Source: Leptospiraceae bacterium
Lineage (GTDB): Bacteria > Spirochaetota > Leptospiria > Leptospirales > Leptonemataceae
DNA: 64,000 nucleotides
Direction: 5' to 3'
Assembly (NCBI GenBank): GCA_040217195.1
Contig: JAVJNR010000003.1
Coordinates: 672,001 to 736,000, forward strand
The notes beneath the pieces were generated by a model, which saw nothing but the letters and a program-made list of their open reading frames with translations, ran no database searches and had not been told where the DNA came from. The number at the start of each line of letters is the position of its first letter. Within the stretch, counting starts at the first letter, position 1. Made by a program: the position numbers and the translations under genes. Below are positions 29,569-40,759 of this stretch, one piece after another.

Positions 29569-30951
29569 ATGGCCATCGAAGATCCATTGAAAGATATAGT
29601 AGCATTGTGTAAGAGAAGAGGCTTTGTATTCCCGGGCTCAGAGATATATGGAGGACTTTCCAATACCTTCGATTATGGTCCGTACGGTTCCGAGCTGTTG
29701 AGAAACCTGAAAAATCGATGGTGGAAATCCTTTGTCAGCGAAAGAGCCGATGTTGTTGGTCTGGACAGTGGAATATTATTGCATCCCAGAGTCTGGGAAG
29801 CCTCCGGTCATGTTTCCAGCTTTAATGATCCACTGATAGACTGCAAACAGTGCAGATCTCGATTTCGAGCAGACAAGTATCTGGAAGATCAGCTGGGTAT
29901 TGAAACATCCAATCTGGATCTGGATGGTATAAAGAAGAAATTCCTGGAAAATCCTGATCTAAAGTGTCCTAGCTGCGGATCCAGAGACTTCACCGAGCCC
30001 AAGCAATTCAATCTAATGTTTGAAACCAAGATGGGAGCTACGGCAGATTCGGATATGAATGTCTATTTGCGCCCGGAAACTGCGCAGGGAATCTTTATTA
30101 ACTTCCGGAACGTCGTGGATACATGTCGCGTGCGAGTTCCCTTTGGCATTGCGCAAATTGGAAAGAGCTTTCGAAATGAAATTATAGCCCGACAATTTGT
30201 GTTTAGAACCAGAGAGTTCGAACAAATGGAAATGGAATATTTCTGCGCGCCAGGCACCCAGAAGGACTGGTTTGAGCACTGGGTGGAATTCTGTAAAAGC
30301 TGGCTGGAAGGACTGGGTCTTCACGGTGAGAATCTGAGGGTAAGGTCCCACGATCCAGAGGAACTGGCTTTCTATTCAGAAGGGACAGTGGATCTGGAAT
30401 ATAACTTTCCTTTTGGCTGGGGCGAACTATGGGGCATCGCCTCCAGAACAAGCTATGACCTGGGGAAACATATGGAATTTTCCGGTAAGAAGCTGGAGTA
30501 TCAAGACCCGGAAACTAAAGAAAAGTATGTTCCTTACGTGGTTGAGCCAGCCCTGGGATTGAATCGACTCTTCCTAGCCGTACTATGTGATGCATATGCC
30601 GTGGAAGATGCAGGAACCAAAGAGCAAAGGGTACTACTGAAATTGCATCCAGATCTGTCCCCGGTAAAAGCAGGTATCTTTCCATTGGTTAAGAAGGATG
30701 GATTGCCTGAGATCGCAGAAAAACTCTACAGAGACCTGGCAAAACACTGGCCGGTGGACTACGACATTTCCGGAAACATTGGCAAGAGATACTACAGACA
30801 GGATGAACTGGGCACCCCGTTCTGCATTACTGTGGATTATGATTCCAAAGAAGATCAGAAAGCGACAGTTCGCGAAAGGGACTCCAAGAAACAGGAAAGG
30901 GTTAGTCTGGATAAGATGGTGGATTACATTCGCGACCATATTGAAATCTAA
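29569..30951 (+). CDS. glyQS: Glycine--tRNA ligase (homodimeric alpha2 type)
   Basis: EIYGG, LRPETAQGIF, FRTREFEQME, ELWGIASR, anticodon domain GTPFCITVD. Confidence 0.93.
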   Translation: MAIEDPLKDIVALCKRRGFVFPGSEIYGGLSNTFDYGPYGSELLRNLKNRWWKSFVSERADVVGLDSGILLHPRVWEASGHVSSFNDPLIDCKQCRSRFRADKYLEDQLGIETSNLDLDGIKKKFLENPDLKCPSCGSRDFTEPKQFNLMFETKMGATADSDMNVYLRPETAQGIFINFRNVVDTCRVRVPFGIAQIGKSFRNEIIARQFVFRTREFEQMEMEYFCAPGTQKDWFEHWVEFCKSWLEGLGLHGENLRVRSHDPEELAFYSEGTVDLEYNFPFGWGELWGIASRTSYDLGKHMEFSGKKLEYQDPETKEKYVPYVVEPALGLNRLFLAVLCDAYAVEDAGTKEQRVLLKLHPDLSPVKAGIFPLVKKDGLPEIAEKLYRDLAKHWPVDYDISGNIGKRYYRQDELGTPFCITVDYDSKEDQKATVRERDSKKQERVSLDKMVDYIRDHIEI

Positions 30952-31153
30952 TTTCGTCGCCCGGGCCCCGTATTGCTTCAATGATAGTCAGAACAGGCAA
31001 TAGCCGGACTTGAGCGACAGAGCTATCAAGAGAGTATGCAACATTACCTGCTGCGACCTTTTTTCTGGAGGCATAATTCTTCCAGGCCTGCGATGATGAA
31101 GTTTTTCAGGCTAACAGCATAGATTGATTCGCTTAGCTTTCTGTTTATATAAT

Positions 31154-31600
31154 ATGATAGACTGGATATCCTGGATCCTCAACGGGCAAACATTGGCCAC
31201 CGGTTTCATGACCGGCCTGGTATGGTTCGTACAGATCAATCATTATCCGCTTTTTCAGAAGATACCGGAAAATTCATTCAAAGACTATGAAAGGGAGCAT
31301 GTGAGACGCACCGGCTGGATTGTAGCTCCAACCATGCTTCTGGAACTGATTTGCTGCATCGCTCTGGTTATTCTGATTCAGTCTTCAGGCGCGCATGGCT
31401 TCAAGGCTTTCTGGCTAAACTATGCCAATCCTGCGCTAGTTGGCCTGAACTGGGTCTCCACCTTCTTCGTTCAGATACCCATTCATAATCGATTACAGAG
31501 CGGCAAGGACTACTCCGCAATTCGAAAGCTGACTCTAAGTAATTGGCCCAGGACTATCCTCTGGACTGTGGCCTTCATTGGCCTGGTCTTTGTTCGCTGA
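31154..31600 (+). CDS. Small membrane protein (DUF1772-like)
   Basis: GLVWFVQINHYP, QIPIHNRL, NWPRTILW; 4 TM segments. Confidence 0.6.
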   Translation: MIDWISWILNGQTLATGFMTGLVWFVQINHYPLFQKIPENSFKDYEREHVRRTGWIVAPTMLLELICCIALVILIQSSGAHGFKAFWLNYANPALVGLNWVSTFFVQIPIHNRLQSGKDYSAIRKLTLSNWPRTILWTVAFIGLVFVR

Positions 31601-31678
31601 TTCCAGAATAATCCATAGGTTCCAGGACCAGTTTTTCATTGCACTGCGCCGACCCTACCTTCCGTTGTTGTAACCGAA

Positions 31679-33025
31679 ATGATGATACATTCTGACAGGG
31701 AGCCCCGGCTCCGATTCGCTCTGATTAATGCGATACGCACTCTGTTTACCGGCCTGGCATGTATGCTGGCTTTTCTGTCGGACCAACCCGGGGCAGGATG
31801 GCTTCTGGCCGCTCTGCTTGCTCTGGCCATTATCTGGCTGGTTATTACTACCTTCTGGGTCAGCGCCGAAAGACAGAGCGGATACCTTTCCCTTCTGCCA
31901 ACCTTCTCGGACATTACTCTACTGACGGCTTACATCTATTATACCGGTGGAAGTTTATCCACGGCGTTGCTCATCTATGTCTACGTAGTGGCTGTTTCGT
32001 CCATGAACTCCAGAATCCCTCAAGGATTGTTTGCTACCATCTACATAGTGCTTCTTTATTCTCTGGTTTCGCTTTCTCTTTCGCTAAATTGGGTACCGGC
32101 CAGCAACATCATTGGACCGCAACGGCAACCATCTGCCCTGGAAACGATCCAGAGCCTTTCGCTTGTAAGCATCATTTGCACAGGCGTCTTTTTCCTGATT
32201 CGAGGCCTGGTAAGATCCCTTGAGAGAAAGAACAATAAACTGGAAAAGCAGGCCCATCAATTCCAGAAAGTAAACCGCGACCTGGCTGCGAAGAATCGAA
32301 TGATCAAAGATGAACTGGCAGTGGCTCGCAGGATTCAGGAAACTTTAATTCCATCTACTATGCCTTCCGGAAAAGGATTTCGCATAGAAAGCAGATACCT
32401 TGCACTACATGAAGTGGGAGGAGATTATCTGGATTTCTTTGCTACCCGAGAAGGCTATCCTGGAATTCTTGTGGCGGATGCGGCCGGACATGGAGTGCCG
32501 GCAGCTCTTGTGGCCAGCATGACCAAAATGGCTGCGGATCGATTTCGCAAACAGATGCATAAGCCCAGGGATTTCCTGCATTCCCTGAACGGTGCCATTC
32601 TCGATCGCATCAACCTTCACTTTGTAGCCGCCTGCTATGCTTTCTACCATCCGCGTCGTCGACTTCTAAAATACTCAGTAGCCGGAAACCCGCCTCCGTA
32701 TTTGCTGCGACCAGGTAAAACGGCAGTGGCTCTGGAAGGCCAGGGTAGCGTACTTGGCATTCATTCCGAACCAGTACTACATAAATATCGAATACAGCTG
32801 GAGGTAGGAGATCGAATTGTAATGTTTACAGATGGAATCGATGAATGCAGAAACCGACAGGGCGAACAACTTTCGCGAATTCAACTGGAGGCATTGCTCA
32901 CCGGTGTTGCTTCCCTGCCGCCTACCGAAAACACGGCAGATACCATTGTTCGCGAACTGGAAGGCTTCGCATCTGGCCGGGGGTTTGAGGACGATGTAAC
33001 TCTTGTAGTGCTGACTGTGGAATAG
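31679..33025 (+). CDS. Membrane PP2C/SpoIIE (RsbU-like) phosphatase
   Basis: ARRIQ, VGGDY, ADAAGHGVPAA, FTDG, EDDVT. Confidence 0.88.
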   Translation: MMIHSDREPRLRFALINAIRTLFTGLACMLAFLSDQPGAGWLLAALLALAIIWLVITTFWVSAERQSGYLSLLPTFSDITLLTAYIYYTGGSLSTALLIYVYVVAVSSMNSRIPQGLFATIYIVLLYSLVSLSLSLNWVPASNIIGPQRQPSALETIQSLSLVSIICTGVFFLIRGLVRSLERKNNKLEKQAHQFQKVNRDLAAKNRMIKDELAVARRIQETLIPSTMPSGKGFRIESRYLALHEVGGDYLDFFATREGYPGILVADAAGHGVPAALVASMTKMAADRFRKQMHKPRDFLHSLNGAILDRINLHFVAACYAFYHPRRRLLKYSVAGNPPPYLLRPGKTAVALEGQGSVLGIHSEPVLHKYRIQLEVGDRIVMFTDGIDECRNRQGEQLSRIQLEALLTGVASLPPTENTADTIVRELEGFASGRGFEDDVTLVVLTVE

Positions 33026-33180
33026 AGCAAAGTCCGGACGGCTGTGGCTCACCGAAGAAGTCTCGGCAACCGGCGATACCAATCAAAAGGACCAATCGGT
33101 TTTATGAGGCCTGTCCGAGTTTTGCCTGCAGATAGGCCCCGCTCCCTGGTGATTCCGTTGACCCTGAGGTCGCGGTTTCT

Positions 33181-35265
33181 CTAACCAGTTACTCGAATCA
33201 CGTTTTGAGTTTCTGCCTGAAACGATTGAGGCTCTACCGTTTTGTAGATTCCTGCATCGATGAATATATCCAGCATCTTTTCATCCACTCGCTTTTCCCG
33301 GGCTTCAATCTTTAGAATGTCCAGGGCTTGCTCTGCAGACAGGGAACGTTTATAAGGACGATCCGGAGCTGTAAGTGCATCGAAAATATCGGAAATAGTC
33401 ATCATTTTAGACTGTGGCAGAATTTCTTCGCCTCGCAGCCTCAAAGGATATCCGGAACCATCAATTTTTTCATGGTGACCATGTGCAATGTCTGGAATAT
33501 TTCTTAGATCCGAAGTCCAGGGTATTTGAATCAAAAACCGGTAGGTATGAGTGACATGGCTTTCAATTTCAAGTCTCTCTGCCTGGTCCAGAGTACCTCT
33601 TCGCACCTGGAGGCTCACCAGTTCATTCTGCTTTAGAAATGGCACCTCTTTGCCGCTTTCCAGTAAAATCCTATTCTGAGCAATTTGTTCTAGCTGGGCA
33701 AAAGTAGCTGATTCCAGTACCGAAGGCTCATTGGATGCTTCGATAGTGTTGAGCATATGCTCCACTTCTTTCACTCGATCGCGCAATTCTAGATCCAGGT
33801 ATTTCTCATAATAATCGAATCCTGTATGGCCTCCGTCCTTAAGAAATGAAAGCTTCTTATCCAGGTATTCTTTTTCCAGAGCCTTCTTTATGTAGCGAAA
33901 GCGCCATTGAATCAGTTCCATCTGGTACTCGTATAGCTTCTTGGCTTTTACAAGTACTTGCTCTCTTACACCAACTTTTCCAAAGTCATGCAAGAGACTG
34001 GCATATCGAATCTCTCGAATCTGATCAGGCGAAAACTTGAGTGGAGCAAATTCTCCGTCCCTGGTTCGATCCAGAGCCATGGCCAGATGGGTTGTGTATT
34101 CGGCAACTCGAAAGGAATGACCGGATGTAGTTGGATCCCTCTGCTCAATGGCAGTTACCGACGCTTTTACAAAACCTTCAAACAGGTTATGGATGTTCTG
34201 CAGTAATTTATTGTTCTGAATTGATACAGCCGCCTGCCCGGCCAGAGCACTGACCATCTCATTGCACTTTTGAGTAAATGGTCTTACTTCTCCGCCTCGC
34301 ATTTCTTCCAGGTTCAAAGCCCGATTGAAGTTGGTCCGCTTATTGATTAATTGAATGACTCCAATTACTTCACCGGCATGATTCTTCATGGGAATCACAA
34401 GCATGGAACGAGTGTAATAGCTATGTAATCGATCAAATTCAAAATTGAAGCGATAGGGCTCATCGCCGTTCAAAGCATACACATCATCGATAAGCAGCGA
34501 TTCACCGCGTAATGCTACATAGCCAGCAATGGAGGAGGAATCTATGGGTAAAAGAAACTCGTTAGCATTCAATTCCAGAGCTGACTTCTTGAAGCGAATA
34601 TATTGAGGACGCTCATTTCCTCTAGGAGATTCAGTTACATAGATGGAACCCGCATCGGCACCTACCAGTTCTCTGGCCTGATGCAGAATCAAATCGATGA
34701 GTTTATCAAAGTCCCGTTCTGTGGACATGGCCTGACCCACGCGAATGATTCGCCGCATTTCCTGGGTGCTCAGTGCCAGTCTGGATTGTAAACTCAGCCG
34801 CTCATAGCGCAGCTCAAGTTGGTAATGTGCATTTCGAACTACGTCCACCAGAATCGAAGGAGATACCTGCACCGGAAGTATAAGATGGATCAGTTCTTCG
34901 GGTAGCGGATTCAGGGATTGCGGATCCAGCTCTTCATCGCTCAGTACAATGAATCGAACCTCTCGAAGTGGACTGTCTTTGATCCAGGTCCATAGATCCA
35001 GACGGAATCGTTCCAGGAAGTCTCGACTGACCAGAAAGGCCACAAGTTCCATGCAGCGGGCATCGGCGGAATGATCTGCAAGCTGAGGAAGATAATCATT
35101 TTCCGGCAGCACATGCACATCCATGGATTCTGGCAGCGCAGATGAAAATCGAGACAGGGAGGCATCCAGAATGCAAATTGGTTGCAGGCTGATTTCCGTT
35201 TCTCCGGGATCCTGTTTTAGCGGTTCAATGTCAGAAGGTTTTCCTTGGTTATCTCGCACATTCAT
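33181..35265 (-). CDS. GAF plus HD-GYP c-di-GMP phosphodiesterase
   Basis: GAF (TRSMLVIPMKN), TSGHSFRV, LHDFGK, HHEKIDGSGYP, SDIFDALT..RPYK. Confidence 0.9.
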   Translation of the reverse strand: MNVRDNQGKPSDIEPLKQDPGETEISLQPICILDASLSRFSSALPESMDVHVLPENDYLPQLADHSADARCMELVAFLVSRDFLERFRLDLWTWIKDSPLREVRFIVLSDEELDPQSLNPLPEELIHLILPVQVSPSILVDVVRNAHYQLELRYERLSLQSRLALSTQEMRRIIRVGQAMSTERDFDKLIDLILHQARELVGADAGSIYVTESPRGNERPQYIRFKKSALELNANEFLLPIDSSSIAGYVALRGESLLIDDVYALNGDEPYRFNFEFDRLHSYYTRSMLVIPMKNHAGEVIGVIQLINKRTNFNRALNLEEMRGGEVRPFTQKCNEMVSALAGQAAVSIQNNKLLQNIHNLFEGFVKASVTAIEQRDPTTSGHSFRVAEYTTHLAMALDRTRDGEFAPLKFSPDQIREIRYASLLHDFGKVGVREQVLVKAKKLYEYQMELIQWRFRYIKKALEKEYLDKKLSFLKDGGHTGFDYYEKYLDLELRDRVKEVEHMLNTIEASNEPSVLESATFAQLEQIAQNRILLESGKEVPFLKQNELVSLQVRRGTLDQAERLEIESHVTHTYRFLIQIPWTSDLRNIPDIAHGHHEKIDGSGYPLRLRGEEILPQSKMMTISDIFDALTAPDRPYKRSLSAEQALDILKIEAREKRVDEKMLDIFIDAGIYKTVEPQSFQAETQNVIRVTG

Positions 35266-35568
35266 ACTCTGTTTTTATTTCGACTTCTTTTGTATCAGTT
35301 CTATAATCAGGTACCTGTTCTGCAGAACTGGCATCTGCCATAGTAGACTCGAATATATCCAGGATTGTTCCAAACCATCCCCAATTTCGTGCCAGCAGGC
35401 CCCATATCCTGCGCAGTTAAGAGGGAAACCGGTCCTCCGGGATTCCGAGCCTCTGGATCCAAGTCAATTCAGATCTGAATCGTCTCTATAGAGAAGAACC
35501 TCAGACCAGGACTTCGTCAATAGAAATACTTGACCCACTTTCGGCTCTTGACTTTTTTGAGAGTGGCC

Positions 35569-35934
35569 ATGTTTATATCTCTGTGTAAATCCAAGATCCA
35601 CAGGGCAACGGTTACCCAGGCTGAGTTGCACTACATGGGTTCGCTGACTGTGGATGAAGAACTGCTGGAAAGGGCTGGAATGCGTCCTTACGAGCAGGTT
35701 TCCGTGGTCAACGTGAACAACGGTGCACGATTGGAGACATATACTATCCGAGGGGAAAGAGGAAGCGGAGTCATCTGCCTGAATGGTGCAGCCGCCCGCC
35801 TGGGACAGGTTGGAGATAAGATTATCATCATTAGCTACGGCTTTTTCAACCCGGACGAAGTTCCCATGGATTTTGAACCCCAGGTGGTTCATGTAGATGA
35901 ATCCAATCGAATTCTAGAGCCTGCTGTTCTTTAA
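35569..35934 (+). CDS. panD: Aspartate 1-decarboxylase
   Basis: [35 protein letters not shown]. Confidence 0.95.
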   Translation: MFISLCKSKIHRATVTQAELHYMGSLTVDEELLERAGMRPYEQVSVVNVNNGARLETYTIRGERGSGVICLNGAAARLGQVGDKIIIISYGFFNPDEVPMDFEPQVVHVDESNRILEPAVL

Positions 35935-36105
35935 CCCTTGTCCTTTTTTTGAATCATTGTTCTGGTGTGCCTCAGACTGTGCTAACCAGGTAGTGTTCTA
36001 CCGCATTAAAATCCCTTTTATCGCAAAGCAGCCGAATCCTCCAAACAGTGCCCCCGATTGCGGTAAATGCTTGAAATCAATCCCGCGAAATGGGATTCAT
36101 AAGGA

Positions 36106-36900
36106 ATGCAGATCGGTCTAAAGCCCAATATGAACCCTGGAAACAGTTTCCCTAAACGAGTGGGCCGCGGCTTTAAAGCCGGAGTGGAAGGACTGAAATC
36201 GCTCTTTCAAGAAGGGTTGATTATTTATGCCATATTACCGGCATTCATTGGGCTTGTTTCTGGTGCAGCCCTGGCATTCGGCACCTATACGTTGCTGGAA
36301 TACTGGATGATTGAAGGTCTGGGAGCCACCGGCGCTCTGGACAGTAGCTGGTTTTCCTGGCTGGGTTCCATCGCAGTGGTTCTTAGCATCATCGCATCGT
36401 TCTTTGTATACATCGGTCTTTATCGATTCATCATTTCCATTGTGATTTTTCCATTGCTGGGACCAATGATTGACCGACTGGAACTGGAATATCGCGGCAA
36501 GAAAACGGAAACTACATTCAAGCAAGATTTAGGGGCTGCCATTTACGGAGGCTGGATTGGTCTGCTGCAGGCTCTGGCCGGATTGCTAATTCTGGTGGTC
36601 TCCTTCTTTACCGGCCCGCTTCAGCCTTTCCTGTTGGCTCTTGCCGATGGCTACTTCTACGGCTATGGTGCTTTTTCTGTAATACTGGAACGAGATTTTC
36701 CAGACAATCGCATTCGCAGACATGAATTTTCGCGATATCGAGGGGAGATCCTGGGGCTTGGACTGCTTTTTGTGGCTTTACTGGCCATACCGTTGCTGGG
36801 AGCTCTTCTGGCACCCATTGCCTGCGTTGCCGGTGCCTCCAAACTGTACTACACTCGCATGGCACCCTCTCTTTCGCAAGTATCCACACAACAATCCTGA
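36106..36900 (+). CDS. EI24/CysZ-like membrane protein
   Basis: TM pattern, YAILPAFI, AIPLLGALLAP. Confidence 0.6.
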   Translation: MQIGLKPNMNPGNSFPKRVGRGFKAGVEGLKSLFQEGLIIYAILPAFIGLVSGAALAFGTYTLLEYWMIEGLGATGALDSSWFSWLGSIAVVLSIIASFFVYIGLYRFIISIVIFPLLGPMIDRLELEYRGKKTETTFKQDLGAAIYGGWIGLLQALAGLLILVVSFFTGPLQPFLLALADGYFYGYGAFSVILERDFPDNRIRRHEFSRYRGEILGLGLLFVALLAIPLLGALLAPIACVAGASKLYYTRMAPSLSQVSTQQS

Positions 36901-37005
36901 GGCATTCATTGAATGAAAAAGGAGGCATCCTTGCAATACCCGGATCCTCCAGCCACTGGCCTATTCGCACCGGTCTCAGTAGTCAAAAAAAAGGCACAAT
37001 GGATT

Positions 37006-37509
37006 TCACGCCAGTTCAGCCCGGATTCGATCTTCGAGTTCTCTTAAGAACGGAACAGACTCTTCATCCGCTTCGGTGGGTGCCCAGGATGCAAACTCCT
37101 TATCGTCTGCAGGCTGATAGGGACCAGGCTTAACTTCATAGCAAATCGCTTCATCCGAAAGTACAACCAGGGTATGCCAGAGACCTGGTTCGATGTCCAC
37201 ACCCAGGCCCGAACTGGATAGATCCCCGAGGTTTTCGCCCAGAAGTTTGCATTCCAGGAGATTCCCATTTTCATCAAAAATGGCGAAAGCCACTGATCCA
37301 CGAATAATCAAGAATGACTCCGGCTTGGGAGGATGCAAATGCCGATGTGGTCTGATGTAAGTTCCCCTTAACATTACATTCAAAAACCGATGAGGATTGT
37401 CCTCCATGGATCCGTGGAAATTGAAATTCTTTCTTTTCCTGGGACTGGACCGAGCCTGGTGGAGCACCGTCTCAAAAAGATCTTCCGTTATCCATTGAAT
37501 GCCCTTCAT
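37006..37509 (-). CDS. WbuC-family cupin metalloprotein
   Basis: SPRKRKNFNFH, YIRPHRH..KPE, WHTL, EVKPGPY. Confidence 0.85.
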   Translation of the reverse strand: MKGIQWITEDLFETVLHQARSSPRKRKNFNFHGSMEDNPHRFLNVMLRGTYIRPHRHLHPPKPESFLIIRGSVAFAIFDENGNLLECKLLGENLGDLSSSGLGVDIEPGLWHTLVVLSDEAICYEVKPGPYQPADDKEFASWAPTEADEESVPFLRELEDRIRAELA

Positions 37510-37640
37510 GCAGTAAATAAAAGGGGCCGTAGATTCTTCCTCAATCAAATTCTATATGCGATTCGATTTTAGTTGCTGTCAATGCCAGGCGCAAAGAAAT
37601 AGCAGCTACGCTCAAATCCACTGAACTGAGCAGGTTTCCA

Positions 37641-38741
37641 ATGTCCGAAGATGAATCCATAATCCTGAAAGAGGAAGAAAACCCATTCGAGAACTATGCA
37701 GCCGTGGTAGAATCGGACCTTCGTACGGTGTATCTATACCTGTTGCCGACCAAGAATGAAAATCTGCCCGCACATGCTGTATGGCTTAGAAATCTGGTGG
37801 AAGCCCCGGAAGAACCGGACCGGGAGTCCATTCAGTCTGGTCGACCGCCGCTCATGCATGTGCAGGGATGCAACCATCCAGAGGGTGCAGATGCCTACGA
37901 TCCAGAAGGTCTGGACTTCGTATGGTTCCCTGAAGGCAACGGTGTATCCCTCTATCATAACGGGGAGCTTGAAGCCATATTACCCACCTGGTCGGGAAAA
38001 GAGGATGTGTCCGGCTACAGCCGGGAGGCCCTGGGCTATCAAAGTAATACACTTCCATTGCCACCGGAGAACTCGGCAATCTACGATAGATTGGAGGATA
38101 ATCTAAATTTCTGGGATCGCCGCACTGCCTCCGGAGACTGGGATAGCTTTCGCAATGATTTGCTGAATCATTACGAATCCATACTGGGCAAACATCAAAA
38201 GTACTATGCTCTCACCGATGTAAATTTTCCCACTCTGGCCATTGTAGAGTTTCGCCTGGAACATGGAATTCTTTATGCAACCCTGGGCATGTCCAGACAG
38301 CCCATGCCTGGAATCGAGATGATAAAGCAGGAACCGGAACACTTTGTACGAAGAGAAATATTTCTTTTTAGCCCGGATGTAGATGCACCCGGTATTGACT
38401 ATGCCTATGCCAGCCTGGAAGGAGCCCTGGATCCGTTACGTTCAAACTATCCAGGCCTGCTCGGACGGTTGGCGCGATATCCCTGGATTGTCTCTTCTGC
38501 TCTGGACCATGGCCATTTGTTCGAAAGCGGGATGGAAGCGAATTACTGCGACTTCATTTTCTCCGAAAGTCCAACGCCTACAGGGTTGTCCCAGGACATT
38601 ATGGCCGGACTAATGCAACATTACTCCGTGGAAGGGTTCAGTCTTTCGCCTCTGTTTGCCCTGCCTGCAACGCAGGAAGATCTGCTAGTAGCCAGACAAA
38701 AAGGGGCCGATTTCTGGATCGAAAAAAAGACCAGATCTTAA
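37641..38741 (+). CDS. Suppressor-of-fused (SUFU) domain protein
   Basis: YATLGMSRQPMP, ARYPW..LDHGH. Confidence 0.7.
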   Translation: MSEDESIILKEEENPFENYAAVVESDLRTVYLYLLPTKNENLPAHAVWLRNLVEAPEEPDRESIQSGRPPLMHVQGCNHPEGADAYDPEGLDFVWFPEGNGVSLYHNGELEAILPTWSGKEDVSGYSREALGYQSNTLPLPPENSAIYDRLEDNLNFWDRRTASGDWDSFRNDLLNHYESILGKHQKYYALTDVNFPTLAIVEFRLEHGILYATLGMSRQPMPGIEMIKQEPEHFVRREIFLFSPDVDAPGIDYAYASLEGALDPLRSNYPGLLGRLARYPWIVSSALDHGHLFESGMEANYCDFIFSESPTPTGLSQDIMAGLMQHYSVEGFSLSPLFALPATQEDLLVARQKGADFWIEKKTRS

Positions 38742-38892
38742 GATTAATACAGATTTCCAGCAATCCGCCCCGGCTCGGGAGCACTAACCGGGTTAAACCC
38801 CTGGGACACCAAGATGAGCCGATCCGCATGAACCGGCCTCACAGATGTCTACAGATATGTCCCGGAAGTCTGATTCTCTGATTCATGCGAAA

Positions 38893-39999
38893 TCAAGACG
38901 ATGTTGCTGAGGCCTGGCCTAATCGGGCCGGACCAGCTTCTCTATAACTCAACCAGTGCCCCTTCTCTGAATCGAATAGTTTGCATTTCATAGTAGCACG
39001 AAAGTAATCTCTAAAGACAGTGCGACGCTCAATTACATATTCACCGTACACCGATTTGATCCCCTCCAGAGCCTTCTTCAAGTTATAGAATGGAATCCGA
39101 ACCTGCACATGATGCGGCATGTGAATGAAGATATTGTGAAAAAAGAAATTGAATACAGCTGGAATGTGATAATTCACCGTTCCGAATAACTGTCCATAGG
39201 CGGGCGACCAGCCTTTACGATCCTTCCAGGGAATTTGATCGTTTATATGATGAACGTAAACGGTGAAACCAATGGTGTAGTTCCAGGCAATGAAAGGAAT
39301 AAAAAACATCTTTGTCCATAGCCAGAGACCAGCCAGCCAATCGAATCCAGCTCCCGCAAATGCGCCGCTCAGAAACAGTCCTGCACTTACGCCGGCTGCA
39401 AATCCCAGTACAAGAAGCTTATCGCGCAGGGCCCCTTTCTGTGGTGCAGTGTATAGTAACATTCCCTTTAGCCAGATCTCGACTAGATAATAGGGACCGG
39501 CGCCCAGGGCAGACCAGTAAAGACGATGAAGCATTCGCTGGATCAGATTCATTTTCTGAAATTCAGTAGGGGACACCGGATGCCAGACAAAATCGGCACC
39601 CAATTTCACCGTATGTCCATGGTGAACTCGATTATGACCGTAGCACCATTGATTATATGCATGCAAAGATGGAAGCATGGCAATCTGCCCTACCCACCAG
39701 GAAAGACGTTTCGAGTTGAACAGAGCTCCATGAGCGGCATCATGGCCGATTACAAACAGTGAACTGATACTTAGAGCCGAAAGAAACCACAATGGGATTA
39801 GAAGGTACCAGCTCTCTGCAAAGAACAGTAGGCCAAAAATAGCACCAAATACGATCAGGTCCCGCAGGAAATAAAGCAAACCAGGAAGGGTTGGATTATC
39901 ATAGGCGCTATCTGGAATACTATCCTTGATCGATTTCCAGGTCAGTTTCCTTTCTGAAAACCGCGTCGCCGTGACATCATTATGAAGCGTCTGTTCCAT
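38893..39999 (-). CDS. Membrane fatty acid desaturase (delta12-like)
   Basis: His boxes HDAAH, HNRVHH, HMPHH; IPFYNL. Confidence 0.88.
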   Translation of the reverse strand: MEQTLHNDVTATRFSERKLTWKSIKDSIPDSAYDNPTLPGLLYFLRDLIVFGAIFGLLFFAESWYLLIPLWFLSALSISSLFVIGHDAAHGALFNSKRLSWWVGQIAMLPSLHAYNQWCYGHNRVHHGHTVKLGADFVWHPVSPTEFQKMNLIQRMLHRLYWSALGAGPYYLVEIWLKGMLLYTAPQKGALRDKLLVLGFAAGVSAGLFLSGAFAGAGFDWLAGLWLWTKMFFIPFIAWNYTIGFTVYVHHINDQIPWKDRKGWSPAYGQLFGTVNYHIPAVFNFFFHNIFIHMPHHVQVRIPFYNLKKALEGIKSVYGEYVIERRTVFRDYFRATMKCKLFDSEKGHWLSYREAGPARLGQASATSS

Positions 40000-40013
40000 C
40001 GTTACCCCTCAAA

Positions 40014-40049
40014 TCTAACAGTGTTCGACATATATTTAAGCCCGTTAGA
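40014..40049. promoter_or_regulatory. Two imperfect TCTAAC-N3-GTTAGA palindromes, probable TetR operators
   Basis: TCTAAC-AGT-GTTCGA (40014-40028) and TTTAAG-CCC-GTTAGA (40035-40049) between the divergent desaturase and tetR genes. Confidence 0.55.
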
Positions 40050-40132
40050 TACGGTCAATCATTCCGTGGCGCAGTGCACAAAAATTTGAGGAAATCACTT
40101 GTCAGCTCAAATACGGACGGAATGCTTCTGAG

Positions 40133-40759
40133 ATGCTGCCGGTGGACAAAATGGAAAAATCGCGCCGGGTTCGCGGAAGCCTGAGTCGAGAAGAGATCCT
40201 GGGCGCCGCTCTGGAAATACTGCACCGTGAGGGCCTGGAAAAGCTGAGCATGCGAAATATTGCTCGAAAACTGGGCTGTAGCGTGGCCAGTCCTTACGCC
40301 TATTTCAAGAATCAAGAGGACATTGTTCGCACCCTCATTATTCAGGGAGAGGCGGATTTAACGGAGCGATTACAGAAGGCCCGAAGGAGCTCCGAAGATG
40401 TTTTTGAACAACTTACGGCCATTGCTTATACTTACTGGGATTTTGCCACGGAGCATCGGGAGCTCCACCGAGTAATGTTTGGCACAGCCATGGGCGGAGC
40501 CACCTATAGAAGGGTCTTTCCATCCCTGCCCACAAGCTACCGGGTTTATCTTGAAGCCCTGCGCTCCGGTAGCCAATCCGGAGCCATTCCTCATGGAAGA
40601 GACCAGTACCGGGCCATCGCTCGCACTATGTGGGCCTGGATGTTCGGGGTCATAACACTGGAAATGACCGATCTGGTACATGCCCGGCCGGGGAATCATC
40701 CCATCGAAGAAGGGATTCGGATGTTTATTGCGCTGTTGCGTAGCGGCGTTGCCATTTAA
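40133..40759 (+). CDS. TetR/AcrR family regulator
   Basis: HTH: ILGAALEIL..LSMRNIARKLGCS..YAYFKN. Confidence 0.9.
   Translation: MLPVDKMEKSRRVRGSLSREEILGAALEILHREGLEKLSMRNIARKLGCSVASPYAYFKNQEDIVRTLIIQGEADLTERLQKARRSSEDVFEQLTAIAYTYWDFATEHRELHRVMFGTAMGGATYRRVFPSLPTSYRVYLEALRSGSQSGAIPHGRDQYRAIARTMWAWMFGVITLEMTDLVHARPGNHPIEEGIRMFIALLRSGVAI

Noticed and set aside
33025..33180. RNase P RNA (GAGCAAAGTCCGGAC resembles GAGGAAAGTCC)
   Set aside because: The gap is only ~155 bp and lacks the conserved 3' element.
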